A DNA stretch of 64,000 bases from an uncultured delta proteobacterium (GCA_963771465.1 CAVYTU010000018.1:130490-194489), one strand, 5' to 3'; counted from the stretch's first letter, positions 41,669 to 51,970 are shown. Numbers and translations are program-made. The notes: a model not told the origin generated them from the sequence alone.

Positions 41669-42641
41669 CTATCTTTTGGCGCCTAATTCTTTGGCTGCGA
41701 TAGCCGATAAAGAAAAATCGAAAATCGTCGGCGCCGGCAAATCGGCGCTTAAACCTTCAGTGGCGGCGAGCATGGCGATGTAGGCTTTGCTTTGCTCCTG
41801 CGTCGGCACGCCGTCGCGTGAAAAGGTGCCCTTCACCGTGTCGTAGAATTAATTGCTTGCGCCGGCGTCAAACTCATCCACTTACCGATCAACGCGGTGG
41901 CATCTTCCTTTTGTATGGCTGTGTAGTCGAGACCGTCGATCGCTGCTTTCACTACTTCGATGACTTCGCCACGGTTGGTTTTCAGTTTCTCATCGGTGGC
42001 CGCCAAGCCCGCCTGAGGAATCTGCAAGATGTCCCATCTGAAGCAACCGCTTGAGTCCCATCTCCTCACCTTTTAAGTCGGCAGGGGCGGCGATGATCGC
42101 GCCGTCGGCGATGCCTTTTGCACGGCGATCAAGCGGTCGAAGGACGACCGCGCGCTAATTATCGTTGTCTTGGGGCCGAGTTTGTAACGGTCGATGAGAA
42201 ATTGAATCTCGTAGGCGACCAGATTGCCAAAACCGCTACCGGCAATTTTCTTTCCGGTGAGATCATTGATCGTCGCGATGTCGGAGCGAACGACCAAGGT
42301 ATGTTGCAGCTTCACCGAGGCGAACATGATCACCTTCACGGCAGCGCCGCGGGCCGCCGCCGTGGCGATGGTGCTGGGGATGATTGTGTAATCGACCGCG
42401 CGGTTGAGCAGTGCCGCCGCGGTCAGGCTGGCGCTCATCTGGATCATCTCGACGTCGAAACCGCGCCGCGCATAGAAACCTTTCTGCACTGCGGCGTGAA
42501 TCGGAAAATAGCTGAGCGACGGCGCGGCGGTGGTGATGCGGATTTTGCTGCGCAGCGGAGCGTCGGCGGCAAAGACCGATGACGGGGTTGGCTGCGCGGT
42601 GAAAAGAATGGGCTGGATAGGGGACTCAGTAGTAGCTTCAC
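41669..42641 (-). pseudogene. NMT1/SsuA-like substrate-binding protein with multiple frameshifts
   Basis: KIRITTAAPSLSYFPIHAAVQKGFY..., IPQAGLAATDEKL..., DFSLSAIAAKELGAKR* are distributed over several frames. Confidence 0.75.
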
Positions 42642-42642
42642 A

Positions 42643-42774
42643 CTATCTCCACGGCAGTTGCAGAATAAACTCGCGCTCGGCGCCTGCTGCGATATTTGCC
42701 CTCGAAGTATTCTTCGATCCTTCGTGATTCTCGTAGATATGTCCGTCGGCATCGATGACTTTGGGCTGGTTCAT
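42643..42774 (-). pseudogene. N-terminal remnant of an amidohydrolase gene
   Basis: MNQPKVIDADGHIYE matches the N-terminal metal motif of the neighbouring amidohydrolases. The ORF is only 43 aa. Confidence 0.65.
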
Positions 42775-42927
42775 CTCATTTTTCCACCTACGTATCGCTT
42801 TCTCGGCGGACGGTATGCTGGGGTGTCTTTTGTGTCAAGTGAGTGTCGCCGCGACAATAGACGTTGATTGCCTCGGCCGTTCTGCGATAAATGGAGAGAA
42901 ACTCACGAATGACGAGGAGGCACGATC

Positions 42928-44013
42928 ATGGCTTGGAATGGAATACCCGTCGTCGACGGCGACGGACATGTGATGGAAGATTGGGATGCGCTCTTGCATT
43001 ATATGCCTGAGCCGTACATTAAAAGCGGTCGCTTCAAGGGGCGAATTTTTCCGCCGCTCGATCATCTGCATTCCGCCAGTTTGTTTCAGCTTGTTCCCGG
43101 CGCATTCCGCCAAGTTCGCGAAGACGGCTGGCTCGAATTCATGGAAGATGTCGGTATCGAGCGCGCCGTGCTTTACAGCACCGGCGGCTTAGCTTTTGGC
43201 AAAGTGATTACGCGGGAGTTCGCCGTCGACGTGGCGCGCGCCTGGAACAACTGGTTCGCCGATACCTACTTGAAGAAAAGCCCGCGTTTCCAAGGTTTGG
43301 CGTTGATTCCGCTGCAAGAGCCAGAGGAAGCCGTGAAGGAAATGCGCCGCGCGGTGACCGAATTGAATTTCTGCGGCGTCATGCTGCCGTCCACCGGTTT
43401 CAAAGGTCATCTGGGCGACAAAGAATACTGGCCGGTCTACGCCGAAGCTAACCGGTTGGGTTGCTGCATCGGAGTCCATGGCGGCGCGCATGAAGGCTTG
43501 GGCATGGATTGGCTGACGCCCTATGCGCCGATCAATGGTTTGGGACATCCCTTCGGTCAGATGGTGGCGTTCGCCGGTTTTGTTTTCAATGGTCTTTTCG
43601 ACAAGTACCCCAACATGCGCGTCGGTTTCATGGAAGCGGGTGTCTCGTGGCTGCAAACATGTTTGGAAAGATTCGACCGCGGCTGGGAAACTCACATTCA
43701 ATACGATCCGCGCGGCGAATACATCGCGCTTAAACCCAGCGAGAAAATCAGCGACTACATTCGCCGCCATGTCGAAGCGGGAAGAATCTTCGTCGGCTGC
43801 GAGGGAACCGAGAAAGCGTTGCATCATTTGGTTGAAGCGGTCGGCAACAAGCCGTTCATGTTTTCGAGCGACTTTCCGCACGAGGTCAACAACGAATACT
43901 GCAAGCATGAGATCGAAGAGATCGTCGACAACGAGCATTTGAGTGACGACGACAAGCATGCCGTGTTGCACCGAAATGCCGAACGGTTCTATGGATTGAA
44001 GCCGCTTGGATAG
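42928..44013 (+). CDS. Amidohydrolase-2 family protein
   Basis: VVDGDGHVME, ARAWNNW, FSSDFPH, RBS GAGGAGG. Confidence 0.92.
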   Translation: MAWNGIPVVDGDGHVMEDWDALLHYMPEPYIKSGRFKGRIFPPLDHLHSASLFQLVPGAFRQVREDGWLEFMEDVGIERAVLYSTGGLAFGKVITREFAVDVARAWNNWFADTYLKKSPRFQGLALIPLQEPEEAVKEMRRAVTELNFCGVMLPSTGFKGHLGDKEYWPVYAEANRLGCCIGVHGGAHEGLGMDWLTPYAPINGLGHPFGQMVAFAGFVFNGLFDKYPNMRVGFMEAGVSWLQTCLERFDRGWETHIQYDPRGEYIALKPSEKISDYIRRHVEAGRIFVGCEGTEKALHHLVEAVGNKPFMFSSDFPHEVNNEYCKHEIEEIVDNEHLSDDDKHAVLHRNAERFYGLKPLG

Positions 44014-44181
44014 GAGAATCGAGGCTTCGGACAGGCACAGTTGGAGATAGCGCGAGTTGGAAAGCGAAATTTTGCCGATGGACGGGCCGCTGTCAGACTG
44101 CCGATCGAGCGCATGTTGAGTATTATTTGATCGCAAATAGCTCGGAGAGTAGCACGCCGCAAATTAGAAAGGTCGACGAAG

Positions 44182-45798
44182 ATGGAAGATGTTATCGAGA
44201 TCGTCAATCCAATCGGTATCCCACGCAGACAACAGAGCAAGCTGGCGCCACGACAATACCAAAGTCTGGGTGGCCGACGCATCGGCCTGCTCGATAACAA
44301 CAAACCCAACGCCGACAAATTTCTCCAATTCATCGGCGCAATGCTGCAAGAACGTCACGCTGATATCGAGCTGGTGCCCAAACGGAAAATGACGCGCATG
44401 GAGGCCGACGGTTTGGTCGAGTTGGCCAGCCGTTGCGATGTGGTCATCAACGCTTTCGCCGATTGAGGCTCATGCACGTCGTGGAGTGTCCACGACTCGG
44501 TCAAGCTTGAAAGCGCCGGTATTCCTACCGCCACGGTGGTCACGGATGAATTCTTTACTTTAGCGCAAGCCGAATCGCGAAGTCGCGGTAGCGCTGATTT
44601 GCCGCTCGTCAAGGTGCCTCACCCGATCGGCACGATCGCGCTTGATCCGTTGCGCTCGGTGGCGCAGTTGGTGATCGATAAGATTATTGCCGCCGTTGTC
44701 AATAATGGAGCCAGCAACGGCGCTTGTGTCGAGGGACAAGCACACACCGACGATACGCGATTGATGCTGTCCGTGCCGCGCGATCCGGCAGAAATGTTTC
44801 ACAATTTAGCCGATCGGGGTTGGACCGATGGGCTGCCTGTGATCGCGCCGACTGAAGCTGCTGTGCGCGCGATGATCGCTGCGAGTGGATTGGCAAAGGA
44901 TTTCAGTCTCGGCGTGTTTTCGCCTTTAAACGGTAACGCCACCGTCGAGAAATTGGCTGCCAACGCCGTAATGGCCGGCTGCTTGCCGGAGTACTTTCCG
45001 CTGGTGCTGACGGCGGTGCGTGCGATGCTGCGACCGGGATACAATCTCGACGGCGTGCAGACGACGACCGGCAATGTCGCGCCGCTGGCGATTGTCAATG
45101 GACCCTGTCGAGATAAATTGGCGATCAACTACGGCGCCAACGCGCTGGGCCAAGGCTGGCGCGCCAATGGCACCATCGGCCGAGCGATTCGGCTGATCAT
45201 GGCGAATGTCGGTGGCGCGGCGCCGGGCTTGTTCGACAAGTCGACTTTAGGTCAGCCGGCGAAGTATTCTTTTTGCATCGGCGAAAATGAAAAGGAGAAT
45301 CCATGGCAGCCGCTCCATGTCGAGCGCGGCAGGGCGCAGGACGCGGATGCCGTGAGCATGTTTGGCTGCAGCGGCGTTTATAGCGCGGTCGATATGGCCA
45401 GCCAGACGGCTAAGGGATTGCTCAAAACGTTCGCTCTGACGATGACAGGAGGATTGACAAGCGGTGTCACCAGCACCGAAGTGATGTTTATCATTTGCCC
45501 GGAGCATGCGGCGATTTTCGCCCGCGACGGTTTTTCCAAGGATAAGCTTCGCACCGAGCTTTTCGCTATCGCGCGTGTGCCGTTCGATAAAATTTCGGAT
45601 GAAAATTTAGAGCTGCTGGAAAAGCGCCGGCCGCAGTGGTTCCAGGTCGGTTTGGCCCGCGAAATCGGCGCCGTTGATAAGCCGGAAGATATTTGGCTCG
45701 TCGTTGCCGGCGGCGCCGGCGCTAAGTCGGCGTATATTCCAGGGAGAACGGGGACGCGGCTGCAAACCGTGGCCGTGGGAAGCGGAGTGCTGAAGTAA
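44182..45798 (+). CDS. UGSC-family selenoprotein (Sec at codon 95) fused to a large conserved C-terminal domain
   Basis: ORFs 44182-44466 and 44536-45798 share a frame and are separated only by TGA 44464-44466: ...VINAFAD-U-GSCTSWSVHDSVKLESAGIPTATVVTDEF..., with a downstream SECIS-like hairpin. Confidence 0.88.
44478..44496 (+). promoter_or_regulatory. Bacterial SECIS-like hairpin
   Basis: GTCGTGGA-GTG-TCCACGAC perfect 8-bp stem starting 11 nt after the UGA, with G leading the apical loop. Confidence 0.72.
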
Positions 45799-46790
45799 TG
45801 GTGCGGAATAAAAATATTGCGATCCCGATAATTTTTTTCTGTGTGTCGTTTATGCCCTTCGTGGCGACGGCGCAAACCAAGTCGATCGTCATCGGCGAAG
45901 GCGTGCGCGGGGCGATGTATTTGCCGGCTTACATCGCCGAGGAGAAGGGATTTTTCAAACGGCGCGAGCTCGATACGAAAATCGTCACCTTTAGCCGGAG
46001 CAATGATATCAATGCGCTGGTCGCCGGCGATATCCAGTTTGATTTGACCGCGCCGGATAAGGTCATTCACAGCGCGCTGGGCGGCTATCCGGTCAAGATG
46101 GTGATGGGTACCGCGCGAGGATTGAACTTGGCGCTCGTGGTTCATCCGTCGATTCGTTCCGCGGCGGATCTGCGCGGCAAGTCGGTGGCGATCACCGGCT
46201 TTTCCGGCCTGCCCTACACCGGTTTGCTGCTCTGTCTGAAAGAACTCGGCATGGCCAAAGATCAGGTGGTTCCTCTCAACATCGGCGGTAAGTCGGCGCG
46301 CTTCGAAGCTCTGCTCGGCAACAAAGTGCCGGCGGCGATTCTCGATCCGCCGTACACCACCTTCGCGGCCAAAGAAGGTTACAAATTATTGGTCGATTTG
46401 GCGCCGCTTGATGTGCCGTATCTGCGCAACATCGTCGCGGTGTCCGAAAAATCATTGCGTGACGACGCGCGCACCGTAGCGCGCTTTGTCGCGGCGCTGG
46501 CGGAAGGGATTCAATTTTACCGTAACAAGGCGAATAAAGATGACAGCATGAAAATCTTGGCCAAATACCTGCGTCTGCCGCTGGAGAAAAATCGCGCGCT
46601 GATCGAAGAGGGTTACGAAACTTACCGCGACATCATGTTGAGAAAACCGTACGCCGATCCGGGCGCCATGAAGATACTGTTAGAAATCATCGCGGAATCG
46701 AATCCCAAGGCGAAGGGGATGAACTTGGCGGCATTGATCGATTCGAGTTTTGTCGAACGGCTCGATCGGGAAGGGGCATTCGAGAAATAA
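45798..46790 (+). CDS. NMT1/SsuA-like ABC substrate-binding protein
   Basis: Signal peptide, YIAEEKGFFKR, DLRGKSVAI. The ATG overlaps the selenoprotein stop (TAATG). Confidence 0.9.
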   Translation: MVRNKNIAIPIIFFCVSFMPFVATAQTKSIVIGEGVRGAMYLPAYIAEEKGFFKRRELDTKIVTFSRSNDINALVAGDIQFDLTAPDKVIHSALGGYPVKMVMGTARGLNLALVVHPSIRSAADLRGKSVAITGFSGLPYTGLLLCLKELGMAKDQVVPLNIGGKSARFEALLGNKVPAAILDPPYTTFAAKEGYKLLVDLAPLDVPYLRNIVAVSEKSLRDDARTVARFVAALAEGIQFYRNKANKDDSMKILAKYLRLPLEKNRALIEEGYETYRDIMLRKPYADPGAMKILLEIIAESNPKAKGMNLAALIDSSFVERLDREGAFEK

Positions 46791-46823
46791 CGGCCCGCGA
46801 TCGGCTGAGCGTTGAACGATGTC

Positions 46824-47723
46824 CTAGAGACCTTCTTGCAGCCGGCCGATGACTCGGCGCCAAATTTTCGTCTCGCCGCCGCTGGGGATTTTATTAGCAT
46901 CGGCGCTGCTGCGTGATTGGCTGATTTCCTGAAGTTCGCGATTTAGTTGCTCGCATTCGCCGGACAGCCGCTTGATCAAATTACCCATCTCAACTTCCTT
47001 GGCCGCGGTAGCTTGGAGCAGCGTGTCCTTTTCTTTGAGCTTTGCTTCCTCTATTTGCAGTTCTTGTTGAGTGTCGCGCAGCCGCTGTTCCAGCTCGGCA
47101 ATTTTACTTTGGAAATCGCCCTCAATGGCCTTGATCATACGGTTTTTCGTTTCGATCGTTTCGTCGCGCGCGGCTAATTGTTGTTTGAGGTGAGCGAGCT
47201 CTTGGTTGAGCGGCGGGGTTTCCGCCTGAACCGCTGATGGCCTTGGTTCCTCGGTTTGTTTCGGCTGCTGACGGACAATGGTCACGGCAGCGCCGTTTGA
47301 ACGCAGCGCATCGATTTCCCGCTCCATGGTCTCGATTTCTTTTCGGTGTAGTTGTTTCTCCAACGTTGTGAGTTGCGCCCGCGAGGCTTGCTCCAGGCGC
47401 GTCATGGCGCGTTGCTGTTCGCGAAATTGCGTGTTGGCTTGATCCAGCTGCCGGCGCAAGTAGACGACCTCGCTGTGGCGATTATCTTCCACTCGCTGGG
47501 TCGTTTCGGATTGTTGCAGCGCCGTGGTGCAGGCGCGGTCGGCGAGAGAAGTGAGCTTGTTGATGTAATTGAGCAGCTGGTCGGCTTGGACTTCAATATC
47601 GAGAATATTTTTGGCGTCGCCAAAGGAGAAAGACGGTATTGCCGGCAGGGCGACAACTTCCGCCGTTTTTGCCGGTCGGCCTCCCGGCTCCTTTACCGAC
47701 TGCACGTTTCGATGATCCTGCAT
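46824..47723 (-). CDS. Coiled-coil hypothetical protein
   Basis: E/Q/L/K-rich heptads and a terminal amphipathic IWRRVIGRLQEGL. ATG 47723 has a GAGGA RBS. Confidence 0.7.
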   Translation of the reverse strand: MQDHRNVQSVKEPGGRPAKTAEVVALPAIPSFSFGDAKNILDIEVQADQLLNYINKLTSLADRACTTALQQSETTQRVEDNRHSEVVYLRRQLDQANTQFREQQRAMTRLEQASRAQLTTLEKQLHRKEIETMEREIDALRSNGAAVTIVRQQPKQTEEPRPSAVQAETPPLNQELAHLKQQLAARDETIETKNRMIKAIEGDFQSKIAELEQRLRDTQQELQIEEAKLKEKDTLLQATAAKEVEMGNLIKRLSGECEQLNRELQEISQSRSSADANKIPSGGETKIWRRVIGRLQEGL

Positions 47724-48087
47724 TGAGCTAACGGTTTCCTCAAGCGAGGCTGGTTTCCCCAAAGCCATTGGTAGAAACGTCAGCAAATCCGAGTCCAAAA
47801 ATCACTCTCGTTGGAGCTTCTAAAAATGCCCGGGATTACCGAATGACGTTCCAGCAGGCCCTTGATGTACAGGATTTTGCCGTTGGGTGTCACAAAAGTG
47901 TTCGTTCTCCGTAAAGCTGGCATGTTGTCATCATCCGAGATTTCCCGTGGAAATATTTGTATGCGCCGCACTCGCCGGCCGTATTTATCAACATCGTACC
48001 GGCGATTGACAACACGCCGCCTCTTTACCAAACTTGCCGGCCCGTGTTAGGTTTCGGCATTGAATAATCTAATTGCGAGGTTTGAAG

Positions 48088-48825
48088 ATGCGCATCATTG
48101 AAAAATCATTTACGGCTAAAGACGACGGCGTTGCCGGATATTTGTCCTATCCCGATCGAAAGGAGCCGGGACCGGCGCTTTTTTTAATCCATCCGAAAGG
48201 CGGACTTGGCGAGTACATCAAGACCGAGACGCGGAAGTTCGCTAAACTCGGTTACACGACGTTCGCCGTCAACGTTTTCGAACAGCTGGGTTTCCCCGCT
48301 GAAACTCATATCGTTACCGGCTCGCAGATTCAGGCGAAAACTCCGGACCCGGAATTCACCCGTGTGCTTACAGAAGGGTGGCGGTTTTTGCTCAAGCATC
48401 CGACGGTGAACCAAGGCCGTGTGGCGGTGTGCGGCTACTGCATGGGCGGGCGCATCGCGATTCATTTCGTCGCGGCGACGCCGGAAGTGCGGGCATTCGT
48501 CGGTTACTATCCCACCGTGCGCGATGAACCGGAGTCGACGATGCGGCCGGTGCATCCGTCGGTGGCGGTCGCAAAGTTTCGTTGCCCGTCAATTAACTTG
48601 TATGGCGCCGACGATGTCACGACAGTCGTGCCCGTGCAGGAAAAAATGTGGCAAGCGTTCAAGCAAAACGGCCAACCCTTGGAGTGGCATTTTTTCCCCT
48701 TTGGCGGCCATGGCTATGTCGATCCCGGCGCGCCCGGATACAATGCCCACACCGCCGAATTGTCCTGGCCGCTCGTCACCGACTTCTTAGAGCGCCATCT
48801 CCAGTGGAGTTCGCCGGAAGTCTGA
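48088..48825 (+). CDS. Dienelactone hydrolase family protein
   Basis: GYCMGG nucleophile elbow, GADD, GHGY. Confidence 0.9.
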   Translation: MRIIEKSFTAKDDGVAGYLSYPDRKEPGPALFLIHPKGGLGEYIKTETRKFAKLGYTTFAVNVFEQLGFPAETHIVTGSQIQAKTPDPEFTRVLTEGWRFLLKHPTVNQGRVAVCGYCMGGRIAIHFVAATPEVRAFVGYYPTVRDEPESTMRPVHPSVAVAKFRCPSINLYGADDVTTVVPVQEKMWQAFKQNGQPLEWHFFPFGGHGYVDPGAPGYNAHTAELSWPLVTDFLERHLQWSSPEV

Positions 48826-48857
48826 CCGGCTGTTCAATTGAACAGCTTCACAAGCTT

Positions 48858-48891
48858 GACGCCGCACCACCCTTTCGAGTGGGGCGGCGTT
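48858..48891. terminator. Hairpin between convergent genes
   Basis: GACGCCGCACCAC...GTGGGGCGGCGTT. Confidence 0.55.
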
Positions 48892-49768
48892 ATTGTTTAA
48901 CCGGCAGCTTAAGAACTCTAGTCAAAAGCTTGTCTTGCAGAGAATCTGGCAGACAAGCGGTGAGTAAGGCTCGCAGTTTTGCATCTCGCCCGACGAGATA
49001 ACGGGGTTTTGGATTTGGCGCCGTGAGCGCATGAATTACCGCATCGGCGACGAGCGACGGTGGTGCGGCATTTTCTTCAGACATTGCCGCGATGTGTTTC
49101 ACTCGGTTCAAACCATCAAGGTATACGGCTTTGGATTCTTCGCGCCAGGTTGATTCCCAGCCGTCAACCTCCTTACGAGTCTTGTGCCAAATCGGCGTAG
49201 CGATGGCACCGGGTTGGATGACCGATACCCGGACGCCGGTGTGTTGTAGCTCGATGCGCAGCGCGTCGGATAGCGCTTCCAACGCATGCTTCGACGCGGC
49301 GTAGGGGCCCATGTAGGGCATGGCAGCGCGCCCGGCGATGGAACTCATGTTGACCACACGGCCGCGCGCTTTACGCAGCAGCGGTAACAGCGCTTGAGTC
49401 ACGGCGATCAGACCGATCACGTTCACTTCGAATTGTCGACGGAGTTCGTCAAGCGAAACGATTTCGAGCGGTCCCACCACGCCGATGCCGGCGTTGTTCA
49501 CCAGCCCGGTCAGTCCTGCATGGCCAACTTCGCCAGGGAGAAAATTTAACGCCGCTGCGATGTCATCGGCGCTGGTAACATCGAGCTGGAAAGGTCTCAG
49601 TCTGGCGCTAGCTTGGGCTTGGAGCGCTTCGCCGTCGGCGCGCTTGCGCACGCCGGCGAAGACACGGAAGTTCAATTTATCCAGGGCAAGGGCGCAGGCA
49701 GCGCCGATTCCGGTGGACGCACCGGTAATAACGACGCTGCCTGCGGAAGTTGTTTCGGCTGCGCTCAC
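48890..49768 (-). CDS. SDR family oxidoreductase (17-beta-HSD/RDH-like)
   Basis: TGASTGIG, NNAG, YAASK. Confidence 0.92.
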   Translation of the reverse strand: MSAAETTSAGSVVITGASTGIGAACALALDKLNFRVFAGVRKRADGEALQAQASARLRPFQLDVTSADDIAAALNFLPGEVGHAGLTGLVNNAGIGVVGPLEIVSLDELRRQFEVNVIGLIAVTQALLPLLRKARGRVVNMSSIAGRAAMPYMGPYAASKHALEALSDALRIELQHTGVRVSVIQPGAIATPIWHKTRKEVDGWESTWREESKAVYLDGLNRVKHIAAMSEENAAPPSLVADAVIHALTAPNPKPRYLVGRDAKLRALLTACLPDSLQDKLLTRVLKLPVKQ

Positions 49769-49783
49769 TCGCAGTTTAAAAGC

Positions 49784-50041
49784 CTATTCGCGGCTGCGCA
49801 GGGTGCTTTTAAAGCCTTCGATGGTGAGCTTGCCGAGGACGATGCGCTCGAAGTCGGAACTGCTGACATAGTGGTTCAAGTCAGGCATTTCGACATCCCA
49901 ATGAAAAATCTCGCCGATCGCCGGCAGTGAACTGGGGAGATCACGATCCTTGTGCGATAGCGAAATATCTTTACCGCGGTATACGCCGCGCACGTCGGCG
50001 CGGTTTTTCTGGCACCAGCTTAACACGTCGGCAAACGTCAT
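49784..50041 (-). CDS. Hypothetical protein
   Basis: ATGA overlap with the upstream cupin and a short gap to the SDR gene, consistent with an operon. Confidence 0.7.
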   Translation of the reverse strand: MTFADVLSWCQKNRADVRGVYRGKDISLSHKDRDLPSSLPAIGEIFHWDVEMPDLNHYVSSSDFERIVLGKLTIEGFKSTLRSRE

Positions 50042-50487
50042 TGGCGTTGCTCGGCTTTTGCGTCAGTTGAAATCACCGGATTGAGCAGGTGCTCTTTAAG
50101 TCCGGTGTGAACACCATAGATCACTTTGCCGATCTTGGGTTTTTTTAGCGGCTCGGTGCTCACCTGGTAGAGGATCAAGCGTTCGGTGCCGGTGTTGTTC
50201 AATTGATAGAAGAAGCCGGGAGGCACATGGACGGCTTGGTGTTGCTTCAGGCGAAACTCTTCGCCATCTTTGAGTCCCTTCATCGTACACTCTCCCTGAA
50301 CCACGAAGAAGGTATGATCGGAACCTGGATGGCAGTGAAGCTCATCGTTGACCCCGGGCTCGTAACTATTGAGCGCGATGTGCAGCCGATCGGTTTGGGT
50401 TGGGCGCGCATAGTTGCGGCCGGTGGGTTTGCCCCACTGTGCTTCTTGTTCCGTGTCGACAATCGTAATCTTGGTAATATTTGCCAT
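50038..50487 (-). CDS. Cupin domain protein
   Basis: HCHPGSDHTFFVVQGE and VHVPPGFFYQL, GGAGG RBS. Confidence 0.85.
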   Translation of the reverse strand: MANITKITIVDTEQEAQWGKPTGRNYARPTQTDRLHIALNSYEPGVNDELHCHPGSDHTFFVVQGECTMKGLKDGEEFRLKQHQAVHVPPGFFYQLNNTGTERLILYQVSTEPLKKPKIGKVIYGVHTGLKEHLLNPVISTDAKAEQRQ

Positions 50488-51044
50488 TGATACCTCCGGT
50501 TAGTTAGCTTTGATCGAATCTACAGGATGTTGTCGTCTGAACACAAGCGCGTGACCAACAGCGAGGACAAAAAATTACCATTAGGGCCGACCAGCGTCAG
50601 ACACTGAGAATGAATGCTCCTGAGGCTCACGATGCGTGTCTGCGGCGATCCCCAGAATGCCCCTGTTGGCGCCGCTAAGGCTTTCGAGGGAAGACAAAAT
50701 AGCCTTATTTGTTAATAAGTTTCGTCACTTTCGGAGAATCTCCTTCAAGCCTGCGAGGCTAACTCAGTAGATTGCGCGCCCATAATATTTTTAAGCCGCG
50801 GAAACTACGGGGGAAAGCGGCGAAATTAGAGAACAAAATGGGCCTGCCAAGGTTTGACGTCTAACGTTTAGATGATAGGGACTAGGCTCGATCACGGAGG
50901 ATAACATGGCTGCCAAAGTCGACTGTATGACATGCCGCAAACGGCCCCGAAAAAAACAGGGGAAAAAATAACCGAACGCATTTCTAATGTCTTGAGATCG
51001 TTTTTGAACGATTGAAGGTTGCGCTAGTCGCAAAATGCTCGAAT

Positions 51045-51083
51045 AACAAGCGGCATGCGTTATCCCAACGCAGGCCGCTTGTT
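51045..51083 (-). terminator. Intrinsic terminator downstream of the CmcJ-like gene
   Basis: AACAAGCGGC-TGCGTT...AACGCA-GCCGCTTGTT stem. Confidence 0.7.
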
Positions 51084-51103
51084 TATGGGGGAATTAACCG
51101 GAT

Positions 51104-51940
51104 CTAGAAAAAAGCTATCGTGCGCATTTCAATACTTTCCCGCGGCGGCGCATCCGGCGGAGCGGTGGGATCGTCGAAGGCACAGTGCGCCGTCCAGCGG
51201 GCGCGGCCGTCTTTCATTGAATCGAAGGTCTTAAACACCATCGCCTCGTTGCGTTGCATGTTGGGGAAGTAATACCAGCGGTGTTCCGGATTGAACGTGG
51301 AGTGGTAGACTTCGCCGCGGCGGTCCGGGTAGATGCGCGCGCTGGGGATCAACTCCTTGGTGCCGATGCTGCGCGCGTCTGCGATCGCCAGCGGCTCACG
51401 CTGCACCGGTTTATTGATCGGCCGCCAGGTTTGCACCACCGCGAATCGACTCTTGAGCAGCTCTTCCGCTTGGTTCGGCAAGAGATCGCGCACCCGCTGC
51501 GGACCGGACCATTCGGTGTAATCGTTGTGCGCGTTGCGTACGGGACCGCTGATGTTCTTTTCCTCGCGGGTCGCTGAATCGGCCGATCGTAGAGTGTGAT
51601 CGAAGACCAGCACGCGCTTCGCGCCAGCGGTTTGTTTCACCAGTTCTTCGGTCTCGTTGTAGTAGACCGAACGCACTTCATCCTCGTCGTAGAAGTCCTT
51701 CATCCTGGTTTCGTGCTCAACCAGGATAAATCCCTCGCGCTCAAGGGACAGCTGATCGGCGATGGCGCGACCGTTGTAGATCGGCATCCTATGCTCGATG
51801 TATTTTCCCTTGCGCTGCTTATCGGCGACAGATTGGCTTACACCCCCGTAGCTTTCGGGTGTTTCGGTGCTGTCAGCCAGGTAGTTTAGCAACGCTTCGA
51901 ACGCCGGCGCCGATTCTTGGACTCGTTCCGCTCGAGACAT
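51104..51940 (-). CDS. CmcJ/NvfI-like Fe(II)/2-oxoglutarate oxidoreductase
   Basis: LSLEREGF, VFDHTLR, AHNDYT (HxD), HRWYYFP, TAHCAF, RESIEMR. Confidence 0.85.
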   Translation of the reverse strand: MSRAERVQESAPAFEALLNYLADSTETPESYGGVSQSVADKQRKGKYIEHRMPIYNGRAIADQLSLEREGFILVEHETRMKDFYDEDEVRSVYYNETEELVKQTAGAKRVLVFDHTLRSADSATREEKNISGPVRNAHNDYTEWSGPQRVRDLLPNQAEELLKSRFAVVQTWRPINKPVQREPLAIADARSIGTKELIPSARIYPDRRGEVYHSTFNPEHRWYYFPNMQRNEAMVFKTFDSMKDGRARWTAHCAFDDPTAPPDAPPRESIEMRTIAFF

Positions 51941-51970
51941 AGATTTTTCCTCAGTGAATTAATTCTGTCG

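Noticed and set aside
47780-48031. Small ORF upstream of the coiled-coil gene
   Set aside because: No clear RBS or motif, and it overlaps probable divergent promoter DNA.
50490-51040. Riboswitch or ncRNA in the long intergenic gap
   Set aside because: I could not recognise any riboswitch consensus or extended pairing by eye. An Rfam scan would be needed.
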